From: Hemiscyllium ocellatum
Lineage: Eukaryota
NCBI RefSeq assembly: GCF_020745735.1
Contig: NW_026867863.1
Location: 800,504-864,503, forward strand
Length of the DNA: 64,000 bases
Direction of reading: 5' to 3'
The notes beneath the pieces were generated by a model, which saw only the letters and a list, made by a program, of their open reading frames with translations, was not told where the DNA came from and searched no databases. Below, piece by piece: positions 23,365 through 37,605 of the stretch; within the stretch, counting starts at the first letter, position 1, and every line of letters begins with the position of its first letter. Position numbers and translations under genes: made by a program.

Positions 23365-25510
23365 ACGCCAATGTCTCTGTCAAAAATTGAAAACAATCCC
23401 AGCTCCAAACATTTACAACATATCACTATGGGTCTTGCATGAGTCCAAAAAGGATTGCCCCCTTCGAACAATGATTTCTAAACTTTGCTTGCGTATCTGT
23501 TGTGAAGGACGTTTTCCAATAACTTCTGAAGTGCAAATTTTTCACATCAATCGGATGAAAGTAACATTTCGTGTGTTACCCCTCACAAAAAAACAAGCAC
23601 GTTTGTTGACACGAGTTGCTCTGAGGAAGTTTATGATTGATACTTTTATATAACAAAAACATTTCCAATGTTGTGAGGGCTCATCTATCATCTGTGCAAT
23701 GGTCTGAATTTTAACTTTCGTCCAACTGCAGATGAAACTGACTGATCTGTGTAAAAGTACAGTCTGTGCCTTTACATTGTCAATATTTATTGCTGACTTT
23801 AGTTGAATAAATGGATGCTGTCCCTAGCATCGTCTGCCACCATGAATTACACCAGTAATTTCCACATCGCTAGCTGGAATGACAGGTGGAGTTTATTGAT
23901 ATGTGATATTTTTGAAACGAAAGCTTTAAAAATTTCCGGAATGAATCATGCCAATTAGATCCATTCAACTTTCCACTCATAGCTTTATAAACTTATATGA
24001 GGTCACCCCCCGAACTCTCACCTCCAGTGAAAAATGTTCCAGTCTATCTGGATTTCCGACGTTGACTCTGTTCCCTCACATTCTGCTGCTAAAGATCCTC
24101 CCGCCACCCCAGGTCCATAGAGTGTATTCGTTGTTACTAGTTCAAAGAAAAGAAAGGAAGTTGTCCCAACATATTGTTCAACTTTATTTGGCTTCGAATA
24201 CCATAAAAAATAAATGTTCATGTTATTGCTGCTTGATGGGAGAATGCCATGTACACTGAATCTGCTGAAATACCTCCAGCACCATCCTGAATCTGGTTCG
24301 CAGATTCACCTGTTGCTTACAAATGAAAGTACATATCAAGGAACAGTGAATATCGTCCACCAGCTACATACGCCCCCAATCCTCCCCGACCTGTACTTTG
24401 CACTTTGGAAATCCGTATTGTAAATAATCAGTTAGAAGAAGTGTTTATTTAAATAAAACTTGCTTAATTCATGTTGCTGATCTTGGCTGAATAAACGTAT
24501 GCTGCTGTCAGCATTTCTGGGGAAATTATCTGCATTTTTTTCATGTCGGTTTACATTGATGTTAAGTAACGAATCGTCAAAATGTCTTGAGAAACAACGT
24601 TTAGAAATGGGCCCATTTGCTCCCCAGGCATGCACCAACTGTTTGAATGTTGATACAATTTTGCCCCGACTTTTTCCCCAAAAAACATGATTTACAGCAT
24701 TTGAAATCATATCTATGTTGATATTGGATTAGACCCTAAGCAATGTTCACGAATCTTTATTTCAAGTGCTACCACCTGCAGGGTTACAGACAAAATGCTA
24801 CAAAGTGAGTGTCGGCTGGAAGGGTCTGTTTTCAGGTGGCACAGGTGCGATGGGTGAAGTGATCCCTCTCTGTCATGAAAGCTTTCTACAACTCTAAATC
24901 TATCTTTCCTCCTTTGTCTAATTAAGAGGATGCAATTCACATGGTTTATACCGGAAACAATCCAAGCCTTCGTTTCAATTATATCACAAATCAATAAACA
25001 CCACCTGATACTCTGGCTTGCGATGTGGATATTAATGGTCTAATTAATACTGACAGATGATGCCTGGGACAACATTCATTTATTCAACCATAGGCAGCAT
25101 TATAAATTAATAATGTGAAAAGCACAAACTGTAATTTTACCCAGTTTCCCCTGCAGTCAGACACACAATTCAGACCATTGCACAAAAGGTAGATGAGCCC
25201 TCACAACATTGGAAATGATTTTGTTTGATAAAAGAATCAATCTTAGACTTCCTTAGAGCAACTTGTTTCAAGAAAGTTGCTTGATTATTTTTATGTGTGG
25301 TAACATACGAACTGTTACTTTATTCTGACTGATGTGAACCATTTGCACTTCAGGTTATTTGAATATATTCACAGCATATACGTGAGCAAATTTTAGTAAT
25401 CATTGATTCAAAGGGGACTATTTTTCTTTGGACTCAAGCAAGATCCATAGTGATATTTTGTAATGTTTTGAGCTGTGATTGCTTTAAATGTTTGACTAAG
25501 ATATTGGCGT
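23365..25510. repeat. Long imperfect inverted repeat (arms ~23365-23950 and ~24940-25510, spacer ~1 kb)
   Basis: ACGCCAATGTCTCTGTCAAAAATTGAAAACAATCCCAGCTCC vs reverse complement ACGCCAATATCTTAGTCAAACATTTAAAGCAATCACAGCTC; similarity runs along both arms. Confidence 0.85.
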
Positions 25511-25852
25511 AAAGTACAAAACCTCACCATTTACTCTAACATGAAACTAGCAACCACTGTGAACCAGGAAGACGATGGTTCAGAATTTAACAAGGCCCTA
25601 GCAAGGTTCGTGTAATGGACAGACAAGTGATACATGACATTTACCAAAAGCATTTATGAAATGATTAATTTAGATCGGAAGAATGCAAGAACACAAATAC
25701 ACGGCTCTGGCTGCATTTCAATATACTATCAATTACTTTTCGACTACAAATTAAAATAATTGTGTCTTTGTTTATACTTAATACACCCTATCTTGTTCCG
25801 GGGCTAAGATAGTTTTTTTTTAAATTTATTTCACTCAAGAATATATATACAA

Positions 25853-25881
25853 ACACACACACACACACACACACATATATA
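25853..25881. repeat. (AC)n(AT)n microsatellite
   Basis: Read directly. Confidence 0.95.
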
Positions 25882-26089
25882 TGCTGCATTTTGCCTCTGT
25901 TTGGACCAAACTTGGTTTGGTGTCAGCTTGTATCACTCGAGCTGCTTTTTCAGGAAGTGAATCTCTCCATCTGTTATGTCAAAATACACTGTTCCTGCTT
26001 TTATCGAAATAAATCCTGACCATACCATTTAAATTCAGAACCAGTTATCTTGTATTTATTCAGTGGAAATGAACAGAATATGAACAGCC

Positions 26090-27110
26090 TGTTATTGATC
26101 GGTGGGAGAGGGAGTTAAAGTGTTCAGAAAAGGGGCCGTGGGGTTGATTGGCGCAGGTGTCTCAGAGATGTTCTTTGAAATGATCCACAAGTTGACATCC
26201 TGTCTCCCTGATGTAGATGACACCAAATCTGGTGGTACAGACTCAGACGGAGGTGAGGGGGAGGCGTAGGCGCAGGTTTTACACTTCCTTCGGTGGCAGG
26301 GGAAGATGACGGGGTGGGGAGTGGGCTGGTGGCGGGCGTGGACCTGACGAGGGAGTCGTGGAGGGAATGCTGTCTGCAGAATGCAGATAGTGGTAGGGAG
26401 GGAAATATACCCCAAGTAATGGGGTCTGCTTGCAGGTGGTGGAAGTGGTGGAGGATGATATGATATATGCAAGGTCATTGCGGTGAAGGTGACGACCAAG
26501 AGGGCTCCCTGCTGCGATTGGAGGGGGTGCGGGTTTCCAGGGCATTGTCGACCAGGTGGGAGGGGAAATTGTAGTCTTTGAAAAATGAGGTTATCTAGTA
26601 CGTTCTATGGTGGAATTGGTCCTCCTGGGAGCAGATGCGGTGGAGGCAAGGGAATTGAGAAGAAGGGATTTTTTTTACAGAAGGTAGGGTGGGAGGAGAT
26701 GTCGTCCAAGTAGCTGTGGGAGTCAGTGGGCTTGTAGTAAATGTTTAGTCGTTAATTCGTGATGGAGATGGAGTGGTCTAGGAATGGGAGGGAGTGTCCC
26801 AGATGGTCCCTGTGAAGTTGAGGTCAGGGTGGAATGTTTTAGTGAAGTTGATGCACTGTTCAAACTCCGAGATGAAATGGCGCTGATACAGTCATCAATG
26901 TAGCGGAGGTAAAGGTGGGCAATGGTACCGGTGTAGCTGTGGAAGATTGACTGTTTCACATATCCGACGAAGAGGCAGGCATAGCTTGGGCCCATCCGGG
27001 TGCCCATGTCTACTCCTTTAGGTTGGAGGTAATGAGAAGATTGGAAGTAAAAGTAGTTGACAGTTGAGCTGTTCAGCCAAGTGAATGAGAGTGTGAGAGG
27101 CAGGGTACTG
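26090..27110 (-). mobile_element. Penelope-like retroelement remnant (RT and GIY-YIG-side fragments)
   Basis: YLQPKGVDMGTRMGPSYACLFVG...LYLRYIDDC and FPCHRRKCKTC. Confidence 0.85.
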
Positions 27111-28339
27111 CTTGCGTTAGTGTAACAGGAAAAACTGGTGAGCTTCAAGGCCTGTGTCATGGTGTTTGCATGTGTACAAGGCCTTGTCATTCTGTTCATT
27201 CTGGGGCTTATCAATAGCTCGCACTTTTTATGGAACTGCAAGGACAATGGCTGGTAACTCAGAAAAAACAATGTTTTAGACTTCCGCTTGAAGCAAATTT
27301 TGACCAGAACGTTAAATACCACAAAGCTCACTGTGGGAAATGTCAGTGACTTCAAATTTTAAGAATATTTGAAACTCTGTTAAAACTAGGCATTTTCAAT
27401 CATAGTTTCTGAAATAATCGAGAAAATACTTAGCCGTTAGAATTAGCCCTTTCAACTATGATTTGCAAAGTTTGAAGCTATACAGTGCTGTGCTTTATTT
27501 CAATTCAATGTCGGTCAGCGTTAGACAAGACGAGGTGATCTCTCCATATATGGATTCTGTTAATCGGACACACCGACATACCTGTCTCTACGAAATTGTT
27601 TGCTTAATTGATGAAAATCTATTAATAGATCAAACAGAATGTATTCAGCTGGGGAGGTGATAGATACAGAAAACAGAATCTAAAACTGGGAACATTAAAT
27701 CTGAAGTGAGAGTAACAAGAAGTTCCTCAAAGACAGGAATAGGTGCAGTCGATATGTTCCAGACGGTGGTGATTCGAATGGGTTTGTTACATAGTCGGGA
27801 GACTCGTCCAATGACGTCCTGGTATCGGACCACAAAACAGCGATTGAAAGGTCGTTTCAATGCACATTTTACACTTTGTGCCCTGATATAGGCCACATTG
27901 GCAGATGTTTCCGCCAGATTGTGTCCCCTGAGTTTATTTTCTGATGAGAAGTGAGATGTTTGCTAGCTGCTGGCACATACAAACAGGAAGTTGTGTGTCA
28001 GCTGAGAATGATACACCAGGCGCTACATTCTGTATTATCAGCACAAACAGTCATCTTGCCTCTGTGGGTGAACACACAGACAGTATCAAGAACAAACGGC
28101 TGTTGGCCTCAAAATTACATTCAATTCGATTCCCTTTTTCCAGAATAAAAACGAAGCGTCAAAAGATTATTTAAGTCATAATAAATTACCTATCTGAGAG
28201 ATACGAAGAGTTACCATTGGGCCAAAGGAGGTAAACGACAATATGTAGTTTCGCTCATAAATCTATGTTTAAAAGTAGAAAGCATGAGGGAAGTTAATAA
28301 ATAAATCTAAGAGACAGCATTCATTAACAGTTGGAATTG

Positions 28340-28990
28340 CAAGTTTTAAACATTAAAATTCAGCATGTCTTTGGTGGAAGTGATATCATATCGGACATGG
28401 TTGATTCTGCTTTCCGAAGAGGTAATGAGATTTGTCAACGAGTGTCAAAAATGAATGAAATGCTTCTTGACTTCAATGAGGTTTTTGACAAGAGCTTGTA
28501 TCTTCAGTAAAGTAAAGAGTTCATGGGATCTTTTGCAGTTTGGCAAATGCATCGAAGGTTTAGTTGGTGGCAGAAGGTCGAGGGTAATGGTCGACGGTAA
28601 TCTTTATGAAGACATATCTTGTCCAGTGGCTTGTTATAAGACTTTGTGTTGGATTCTTTGCTGTTTGCAGTGTATATTAATGATCTCGTCAAGAATGTAG
28701 CAATTTTGATGAGTAAGATCAAAGATAAGGTGAAAAACGTTTAGTTTTGCAATTGAGGAGGAGGAAATCCTTGGAATACAGTATGACATCGATGACTTGC
28801 CTTTCCGACAGAAGAATGAATTGAAAACGAAATATTATATCCTGAGGTCTGTGAAATAAAGCATTTTCGAGACTAACAATTTAAGCAAATATACGATGCA
28901 CAGTTGGAACCTACAAAACACAAAAGGTAAGCGATCTCTTGTTGTGCATAGCCACATCATGTGGTGAGTTAGGTGTGGACGATAGTTTCC
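28340..28990 (+). mobile_element. Degraded CR1 RT fragment
   Basis: GAGGTTTTTGACAAG...GTGTATATTAATGATCT (FDKV / YINDL remnants) with many stops. Confidence 0.6.
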
Positions 28991-29229
28991 AGGTATTGTG
29001 GTTTGACTATTAATTCAGGAAACTCGGGTCTCAGACCGCAGTGCTGCCACATCAGGTCGTGAATTATGGTTTTTAATTAAACAACTCATTCGAGGAATAG
29101 GTTCCACAGATATTCCCATGCTCTGTGATAGATAGCATAACATATCAGTGCAAAATGTAAGGCTGCAGCATTCACAACAATCTTTAGCATGAAGTGCCAA
29201 TTGTATTATCCATCTTGGCATCTTCCAAT

Positions 29230-30760
29230 GACCACCAATATTACAGATACCTGTCTTCAGGGAAATTGCTTCCCTCCATGTGATTTCAAGACATTGTTGG
29301 GACTCTCGTTACTGCAAATGCTATGGAGCCTGACAAAATTATTACAATAATACTGTTGACTTCTGCTAGCCAAGCAGTCCCAGTACAGCTACTACACTGG
29401 AATCGACTCGACAACATGGAAAATAGGTCAGGCATGTCCTGTGCACTGAAAATAGGACAAACCATCCTGACGAATTACTGCCCCATCAGTCCAAGCCCAA
29501 TCTTGAGTTAGGTGTAGGAAGGTGCTATCAACGATGCTATCAAGCAACAATGGCCCAGCAATAATCTGCTCGGTGATGCTCAATGTGGATTAGAAAGGCC
29601 AACTCAGCTCTTGTCTGAATTACAGACTTGATGCAAACATGGAGAAAGAACTGAATTCCAGAAATGATGGGAGAGTGACAGCCTTTGATAATCAAGTCAA
29701 ATTTGACAGAGTAAGGTATTATGGAGCCCTGGCAAAACTGGAATCAATGGATATTAAGTGACAAACTCCCCGCTGCCTGGACAGACATTGGACGATGGTT
29801 CTGGTTGCTGAAGGTCACTCAATTCAGCCGAAGCAAATCTCTGTCAGAGTTCTTCAAGAAAGTGTCCTCGGGCCATCCATCTTCAGCTAATTCATCAATG
29901 ACATTTCCTCCATCAGATGGTTAGAAATGAAAAGTGCACTTTTTTTGACTCCTCGCACACGGAATTAGTCCACAGTCAAATGCCAGAAGATCTGTACAAT
30001 ATCCATACTTGTGCTGACAATTGGCAAGTAGCATTCACACCACAAAACTGCCAGACAATAATCAGCGACCATCAGAGACAATCTAACTAAAACCCCATGA
30101 TATTGTTACCATTATTGAATCTCTCACCATCAACATCCTGGGTTTTTTTGTTGATTAGAAATTGAATTGGAAACTTCATATAAATACATTGGTTGTAAGA
30201 GCAGGCCAGAGGCTAGGATTACTGCAGCGAGTAACTCACCCTCCTGACTCGCATAAAGAATTGACTGTAGAAAAGACAGAAGTCAGGACTGTAATAGCAC
30301 AGCTCTACCTTTTATTGGATAGGAGCATGTTTAACTGCTGTCAAGAAGCTTGGCAATGTCCAGGACAAAGCATCCCACTTGATCAGCAGCATGTTCACAA
30401 GCGTCCATTGCCCCAGATCTGATGTTCAGTTCCTGCCATATGCATTATCTAAAAAACTACACTGCAGTCATTTGGCCACTTCCTTAGAGAGTAACTTCCT
30501 ACTCCCAATTGCAACTCGAAAAACAAGAGCAGGAGATACATGGGAATAACAGAACTGTAAGCTCCTTCTAAACCACTCTGCATCTTGACATGGAAATATA
30601 TCATCTATCCTTTACTGTAGCTGGGTCAAAATCTGGCATTCCCTTCCTCAGGGCACGTTGAACATGGTATTTCAGAAACGCAACTTAATGCTATCTTCTG
30701 AAGGATACCGACAAACGGCTAATAACAACCACCACATCCCATGAGTCAATAAAATAACTA
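29230..30760 (+). mobile_element. Degraded non-LTR retrotransposon RT (CR1/L2 group)
   Basis: NYCPIS remnant, GATAATCAAGTCAAATTTGACAGAGTAAGG (D-K--FDRV), TTCATCAATGAC (FIND). Confidence 0.65.
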
Positions 30761-31124
30761 TTCGTCGCAAACATGATAGCTCGATTAAGTGTTTGAGGGG
30801 GCATTACGAGTACTTAATAAACAATCAAAAAGCTTGGAGTAAAGTTCCAGAATCAAGATTTCAACCTCTAGCATGGCAACTTTAATTAATGAAAGGATTT
30901 GAAATGAAACTGCTGGTGTAATGAACGATAATCACAGACTTACCACAGTTTTGATGCACATTACATGTTCCAGTATTGTCCTTCAGAGGGGAACGTCTGC
31001 CCTGTCGACTTGGCCTGGCCTACCAGTCCAACAATAAGATGACGGTTCCTTTCCTGTGCCAAATCTGACTCAGAAATCCATTAGCATAAAGTGAGGACTG
31101 CATATGTTGGAGCTCAAAGTCGAG

Positions 31125-31260
31125 AGTGCAATGCTGGAAAAGCACAGCAGATTAGGCAGCATTAGGTATCCTAATTAAGGGATTATGCCCGAAACATCAA
31201 TTCTTCTGCTCGTCGGATTGTGCCTGATCTGCTGTACTTTTCCAGCACGACACTCTCGAA
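31125..31260. mobile_element. Tail-to-tail inverted pair of Penelope-associated repeat ends
   Basis: TCGAGAGTGCAATGCTGGAAAAGCACAGCAG ... CTGCTGTACTTTTCCAGCACGACACTCTCGA. Confidence 0.65.
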
Positions 31261-33469
31261 TAAGAAGTCAATCAGTTGTAATAAATCTTCTTCAGAAAGA
31301 TCAACCATAATTACCCAAGCAAGATGGTAGGCTTTCAAAAAAGTAGCTGATGACCACCTTCTTGAGATATGTGACTGACATTTTCATATTTCAAACAAGA
31401 AGTCAAAAAGTGGAATTTGTGGTGGAGTATGGAAATCTGAAAGAGAAGCAGAATACAAATGTGGGAATTATGTAGCAAGGGAGTCAGGCTGCTCAGACAG
31501 TCCGATAGAGATTTTAAGATAAATGATTGGATGAATGGTCTCCTGTGACGTTGCTGTAAACAGAAATATAACTCTTGCCAGTATTCCAGTCCAATATTGG
31601 TTCATTATACAAAGTGTCCGTATTATTGCATTTCTGTTTGTGACCGCTTTCCGTGCATGCCTCCTGCATTTCCAAAATTAGGAACACAGTGGTGATATCA
31701 CGAGACCAGTTTTCCCGAACTCAATTTTGATGCTGAATGGACAGGGTTTGGAATACCATCGTTTTCCCAGGGTGAAATTCGAATTCAAAGAAATCATGGA
31801 ATCAGAAAAAAAGCCGAATGGTGGCAATGTTATCAAAGTCAATGGAAAAAATACAAAATCAGCTGGTTCACTAATGAATTAGGAAAGTCGTCTATCGCCT
31901 TTACCTGATCTGGCCGACATGAGATTCCGGAGCAATCGGGAAGTAATTCATTGCGTTCTGAAGTGGCCTTCACAAGCTATACAATGGGCGTTCGGGGATA
32001 GGGACTCATTGCTGACCTTGCCAGCAATGTCAACATTTTAGGAAAGAATATAAGAAAATATATGCGTGATGAAACCTAGCAACAACTATATCAATAATGC
32101 TTGATGATATCTCGCAACAACTACATCAATTAAATGTAGTTGTTGCGGCAGTTCCTGATGTCACTTCAAATATTTTACATGAATATTCTAAAATGCACTT
32201 TGAGCTGTGTTGCACCTTTTGATATTTTCCTGTCTAAACGGACTACAATATAAATCAATGGGACATTCAGAGTAGTTGGACAGAGACGTTTAATTGCAGA
32301 ACTTTCAGAACGGAATTCTTAATCTAAATAAAAGTGTTAAATTGTGTTTAATTTCCTGAAATAAATAGCATCTCTTACAATTAATGTTCATTAATTTGTA
32401 TTCCTTTCTGCAAACTGTCAACATTCTTAAATAAACTTGTTTCGAATTAAAACTTACCAGTAAATTATTTCGTTCATCTGGCTTTGCTGTCATCAACACT
32501 TCCATGAAACCAATTAAGCATTTCTGTAACTTAACACAGAAATAGAACTCTCAGAATAGATTACAGAACAACAAAACCCCAATTTGTATTTCCCCACAAA
32601 CACAAAGCACGATTATTGGCAAAAAATGCAAATAACTGAATGCATTCCAATAGTAATTTATGTTGGACCGTTTTGATACATAGGATGTATGATTCTTAAA
32701 TGACAGAGGTATCAATTGTCATGTTTAGTCAAAAAAAATTAAGAGATATATTGGCACAACCAATGTTTCAGTCTCTCTCTTTCTCTCTTCCCCTCCTGCC
32801 TTGCCCCCTTTTGTCTTTAAAGCTGATGTCTTGTTTTGCCTCTCCACAGTCAGTCAAGGTTTTCCTCAATAACATGAAGTCAACACCTCATCAACATATC
32901 CTCTCAGCCAAATTCATCCTTTTCTTCACAGTGATTTGAATCAGTAGGGCAAGATGTTCTCGAAAATCTGTCTGAGTATTGAGTGACTGTAAATGGTTGA
33001 GACTGCAAAACTTTACTGTGTTAGTGTTATCATTTTATCTCACCAGTATAATTCTTGGCTGAGGAATGTTTAATGGCTCAGCGTAATGCATATTTAGCCT
33101 ATATTTAACCTTTTCTGCATATCTCATGGAATGTTTAATATTCTACAAGGCGATTTATTCTGTATCGATTCTGTGTTGTGCCTGCTCTGGGAGGATTTTT
33201 TTCAGGGAATCCTGGATGCAGTTCTACTATAAACCAAAATGTATTTGATATGATGCATTGGACAGTGCAATATGGAGGGAGATTTACCCAGCACATACAT
33301 CGACTGTACAATCATGGAAATCATTTGATGTAGCAGTGTAAAGGGGCTTGAACCCCTACTCTTGTCTTTCTGATTTTGTAATGTTGAGTAGCTTATAATG
33401 AACAGGCACACTCATGCACACACACATATGCAAAATATCTTTGAACAACCGTTTCAGTGTTGAATGGAT

Positions 33470-35300
33470 GAGTGCTGTGAGAGCTTTAATGGTTTGAATT
33501 TTGGGTCTGACTGCAGGTGAAACTGGGTAAAAGCACAGTTTGTGCTTTTCGATTTGTTAATTAATATTGCTGACTTTAGTTGAATAAAGGAATGTTGTCT
33601 TAGGCATCATCTGGCACCATTAATTAGACCATTATTTTCCACATCGCGAGCTGGAGTGTCAGGTGGAATTTATAGACATGTGACATCATTAAAACGAAGG
33701 CTTGGAATGTTTCCGGAATGAATCATTTGAATTAGAGCCTCTGAATTAGACAAAGTAGGCAAGATGAATTTAGAGTTGTAGAAATCTTTCACGACAATGA
33801 GAGACCGCTTCGCCCATCGCACCTGTGCCACCTGAAAACAGACCTTTCCAGCTGACACCCACTTTAAAGTATGTTGTCCACAAACCTGTTGGTGATAGCA
33901 CTTCAAGTAAATATTTGGGAACATTGCGTAGGGTCTAATCCACTTTCATCATAGATATGATTTCCAATGTTGTAAATCCTGGCTTATGGGGAAAAAGAAG
34001 GGGTAGATGTTTCTCAAGACGTTTTGAGTATTCTTGACTTAAAGGAGAAAAATGCAGACATTTTCCCCAGAAATGGTGATAGCAACGTACGTTTGTTTAG
34101 CCAAGATCAGCAACATGAATCAATGGAAATGACATGTGAAAAATGCAGACATGCTCTCCAGAAAAGCTGACAGCAACATACGTTTATCTTGCCAAGATCA
34201 GCAACATGAAGTAAATAAGTTTTAAAAACCACTTCCGATTAATTGATTATTAAAAATATGCAATTCACAAAGTGCAAAGTACAGGGGAGGTTGTGTGTGT
34301 CGGTGGGTTGTTGTGGGGATGGGCAATGTTCACTGTTCCCTGATGCCCACTTGCGTATGTGAGCAGCAGGTGAACCTGCAAATCAGGTTCAGGATGGTGC
34401 TGCATGTATTTCAGCAAATACTGGCACATTGCATTCTCCAATAAATCAGCAATAACATGAATATTTATTTTTGAAGCCAAATAAAATTAAACAATATAGT
34501 GGGACAACTTCCTTTCACTTCTTTGAACTCGTATCAAGGGACGCTGTCTGTGGACCTGGGGCGGCAGGAGGATCTTTAACAACGGAATGTGCGGGAACAG
34601 AATCAATGTTGGAAATCCAGATAGACTTGAACATTTTTCACTGGAGGTTGAGAGTTCGGGGTTGGGAGTGACTACATGTAAGTTTATAAAGCCATGAGTG
34701 GAATGGCGAATAGCTCTTCTTGACATGATTCATACCGGAAATTTTCAAAGCTTTCGTTTCAAAGCATCACATATCAATAAACTGTACATGACACCAGCGA
34801 TGTGGAAATTAATGGTGTATATGATGGTGCCAAACGATGCCTGGTACAACGTCCCTCCAATCAAATAAAGTCAGCAATAAATATTAACAATGTGAAAGAC
34901 TCAAACCATACTTCTACACAAATCAGTTTCATCTGCAGTCAGATCCACAACTTACAATTTAGACCATTGTACAGAAGATAGACGAGGCCTCACAATATTG
35001 GAAATGATTTAGTTTGATAAATGAATCCATCGTACACTTCCTCAGAGCAACTCGTTTTAACAAATTTGCTTGATTTTTTTTGTGTGTGGGGTAATTCACG
35101 AAATGTTACTTTAATCCGATGGATGTGAACAATTTGCACTTCAGAAGTTTAGGAAAACGTCCTTTACGACAGATACACAAGCAACTTTTAGAAACCATTG
35201 ATTAAAGGTGAGATCTTTTTTGGGCACAAGGATGATCCAAATGATATTTTGTAAATGTTTGGAGCTGGGATTGTCTTCAAGTTTTGACTAAGATATTGGC
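33470..35300. repeat. Cluster B copy of the long inverted repeat (outer arm cut to ~33470-33725, inner arm ~34724-35300)
   Basis: Whole block is the reverse complement paralog of 23365-25200. Confidence 0.8.
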
Positions 35301-35304
35301 ATAT

Positions 35305-35595
35305 TACATTACGTACAGTGTGGAAACAGGTCCTTCGGCCCAACAAGTCCACACCGACACACACCCACCCAGACCCATTCCCGTACACCTTACACGAAGG
35401 ACAAGTTAGCGTGGCCAATTCACCTAACCTGCACATTTTTGGACTGTGGGAGGAAACTGGAGCACCCAGAGGAAACCCAAGCAGACACGGGGAGAATGTG
35501 CAAACTCCACACAGTCAGTCACCTGAATCGGGAATTGAACCCGGGTCTCTGGCACTGTGAGTCAGCAGTGATAACCACCGAGCCACCATGCCGCC
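35305..35595 (-). mobile_element. HE1-like SINE, cluster B only
   Basis: Well-preserved copy; GGAAACAGGTCCTTCGGCCCAACAAGTCC tail. Confidence 0.8.
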
Positions 35596-37605
35596 CACTG
35601 TATTTTCACTCTGTTGGTGGATTTCAACAGTAGGTGACATATTTTTATTATGAGAGGAGAAACAATGTAAAATATATAACGGAGACAGCTTTTTCACAGA
35701 GAATGGTTTGTGGCGGGCACTGTTAAAACTTTCAGACGACATTTGGATAAGTAAATGAATATCAAACATTTGGAAGGATATGGGCCAAGTACACACAGGT
35801 GGGATCAGTTTAGTTTGGGATAATACTGGCATGGACTGGCTGGACCAAAGTTTCTGTTTCCATGCTTAATCACTCCATGACTCTGCGACTATTTATCTTT
35901 TTTTCTCAATATTGAACAGTGTTGTCATGATCCTAGAATGAACTGTTGACGTTTATATTGTGTCTGAGACTTCGCGAATTCTTGTTTCAATGAGAGGAGG
36001 GACGAGTTCTCCAAGACACATAACTTAAAAATAAAATGTTCACCAGCTTTGTTGCTGTGCAGAATTGATTCTGTGGAGATAGTTTGCAATTGGCTTTCCA
36101 CCACCTCGGCAACAATGAGTCAAAATATCTTTGATCCACTGCAGAAACTCCAGTAAATGAAACTGGGAACTCAAGGACCTTTTCGGCAGTTAGGTTATTT
36201 GCTGCCAAGTATTGCATCAAAAGACGAAATGAAGCAACCAAAATAAGATCCTACCAAACTATATTTTCCCATTTTCTCACAATGGACACATTCCACTTTG
36301 CATTTCTTCTTTTGAAAGGAAAGTCACTGAATACAGCATTCACCGTATGATTATGAGAAAACAGGAAATTGAATGCAATTACGTTCTGGTTAGTTCAGCC
36401 CATTTATTCAGTATATTTAAAGCTTCTGAATATGAAATTAATTGACCAAAATCCCACGTTGCAGTAACATTTGTTATTTTTATTTCAAAATAAATTGACA
36501 AATACGAATTGGTTCAAACTCACATCACTTAATGCACGATTCTCTGATTCATGCACCTCATTAAAACGAAATGGGCCCTTTTATACTTGGTTAATACAGG
36601 TGTAATGTAACGCCGAATGTTTGCTGATTGTTACGAGTTAACTGTCCCTATCAGTGAGCAGAGAAATGTACTGTTTATGACCAACATTCGTGGTAATTAT
36701 TATTGAAATACGCACTAATATAACAAAACACTCCTGATGTACCCAGACAGTTACCTGCAATGGTTTAGATTTTGAGGATTTTGCTTTAACTAATGGACTG
36801 GCTTGTTCTAGTTCATTAGATGTTCTTTTAAAAGGTTACCTGGGTGTTGTATATCAGTGCCAACTCACTTTTTGTTTCTCAGGCAAACAGCTTTCCTTTA
36901 TGATGCATCTTAGGGTCGAAGCAATTCAAAAAAGAAGATGCAAGGAGAGACATTCTGCTTCTAATCTCAGGAACCAAACTGTTTAGTGACATACAATCAT
37001 ATTCTGAATATAATCTCTTCAGACATGATCTATATTAGGTTGCCTAGATTGATTTCAGAAACGCAGATTGGAAATGATGTATTATTTCGTAACATCAGAG
37101 AGACTTTGAGGGACAGTAAAAATAACGCCACTAAATTTGATGGCTAATAATATTAGTGAAGTTCTATTTAGTTTTATCTGCTTGTGGTTGAATGTAGAAT
37201 TAAATTGCAATTGAATATTCTAAATATAGTCACTTTGAACACGCTATATATTCAGTTGCCTAAATTGATTTTTGCAATGTCTAGTATGAATTACATGTTA
37301 TTTTGAAGTGCGACAGAGAATTGCAGTGTCCAGAAAAAAAAATGCTCAATTGTTTTATTAGCTGTTAATATCTTTGAACTTTGATTTTAGTTTTATCTGA
37401 TTGTGAAAGAATTTAGAAATACAGGGAGTTAAATTCCAATTTAATTCGTTTTGTATTTTTTAAAACAAAGTACTTGCAACTAGCATTTGAAACAGACCTG
37501 AAGCTACTCAAATTTACTTCCACCATTTAAAAAAAACACTTCCAAAGAAGCTATTCAGCAAAACAAATATCCTAAGATGTGTATATCTCCAAGTTCAAGC
37601 GTAAT

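Noticed and set aside
31685-31691. Consensus CACAGTG heptamer in the central spacer
   Set aside because: No nonamer at 12 or 23 bp and no adjacent segment
32770-32940. Strong polypyrimidine tract plus CAG followed by a short frame
   Set aside because: No donor or recognisable coding signal; likely low-complexity or TE remnant
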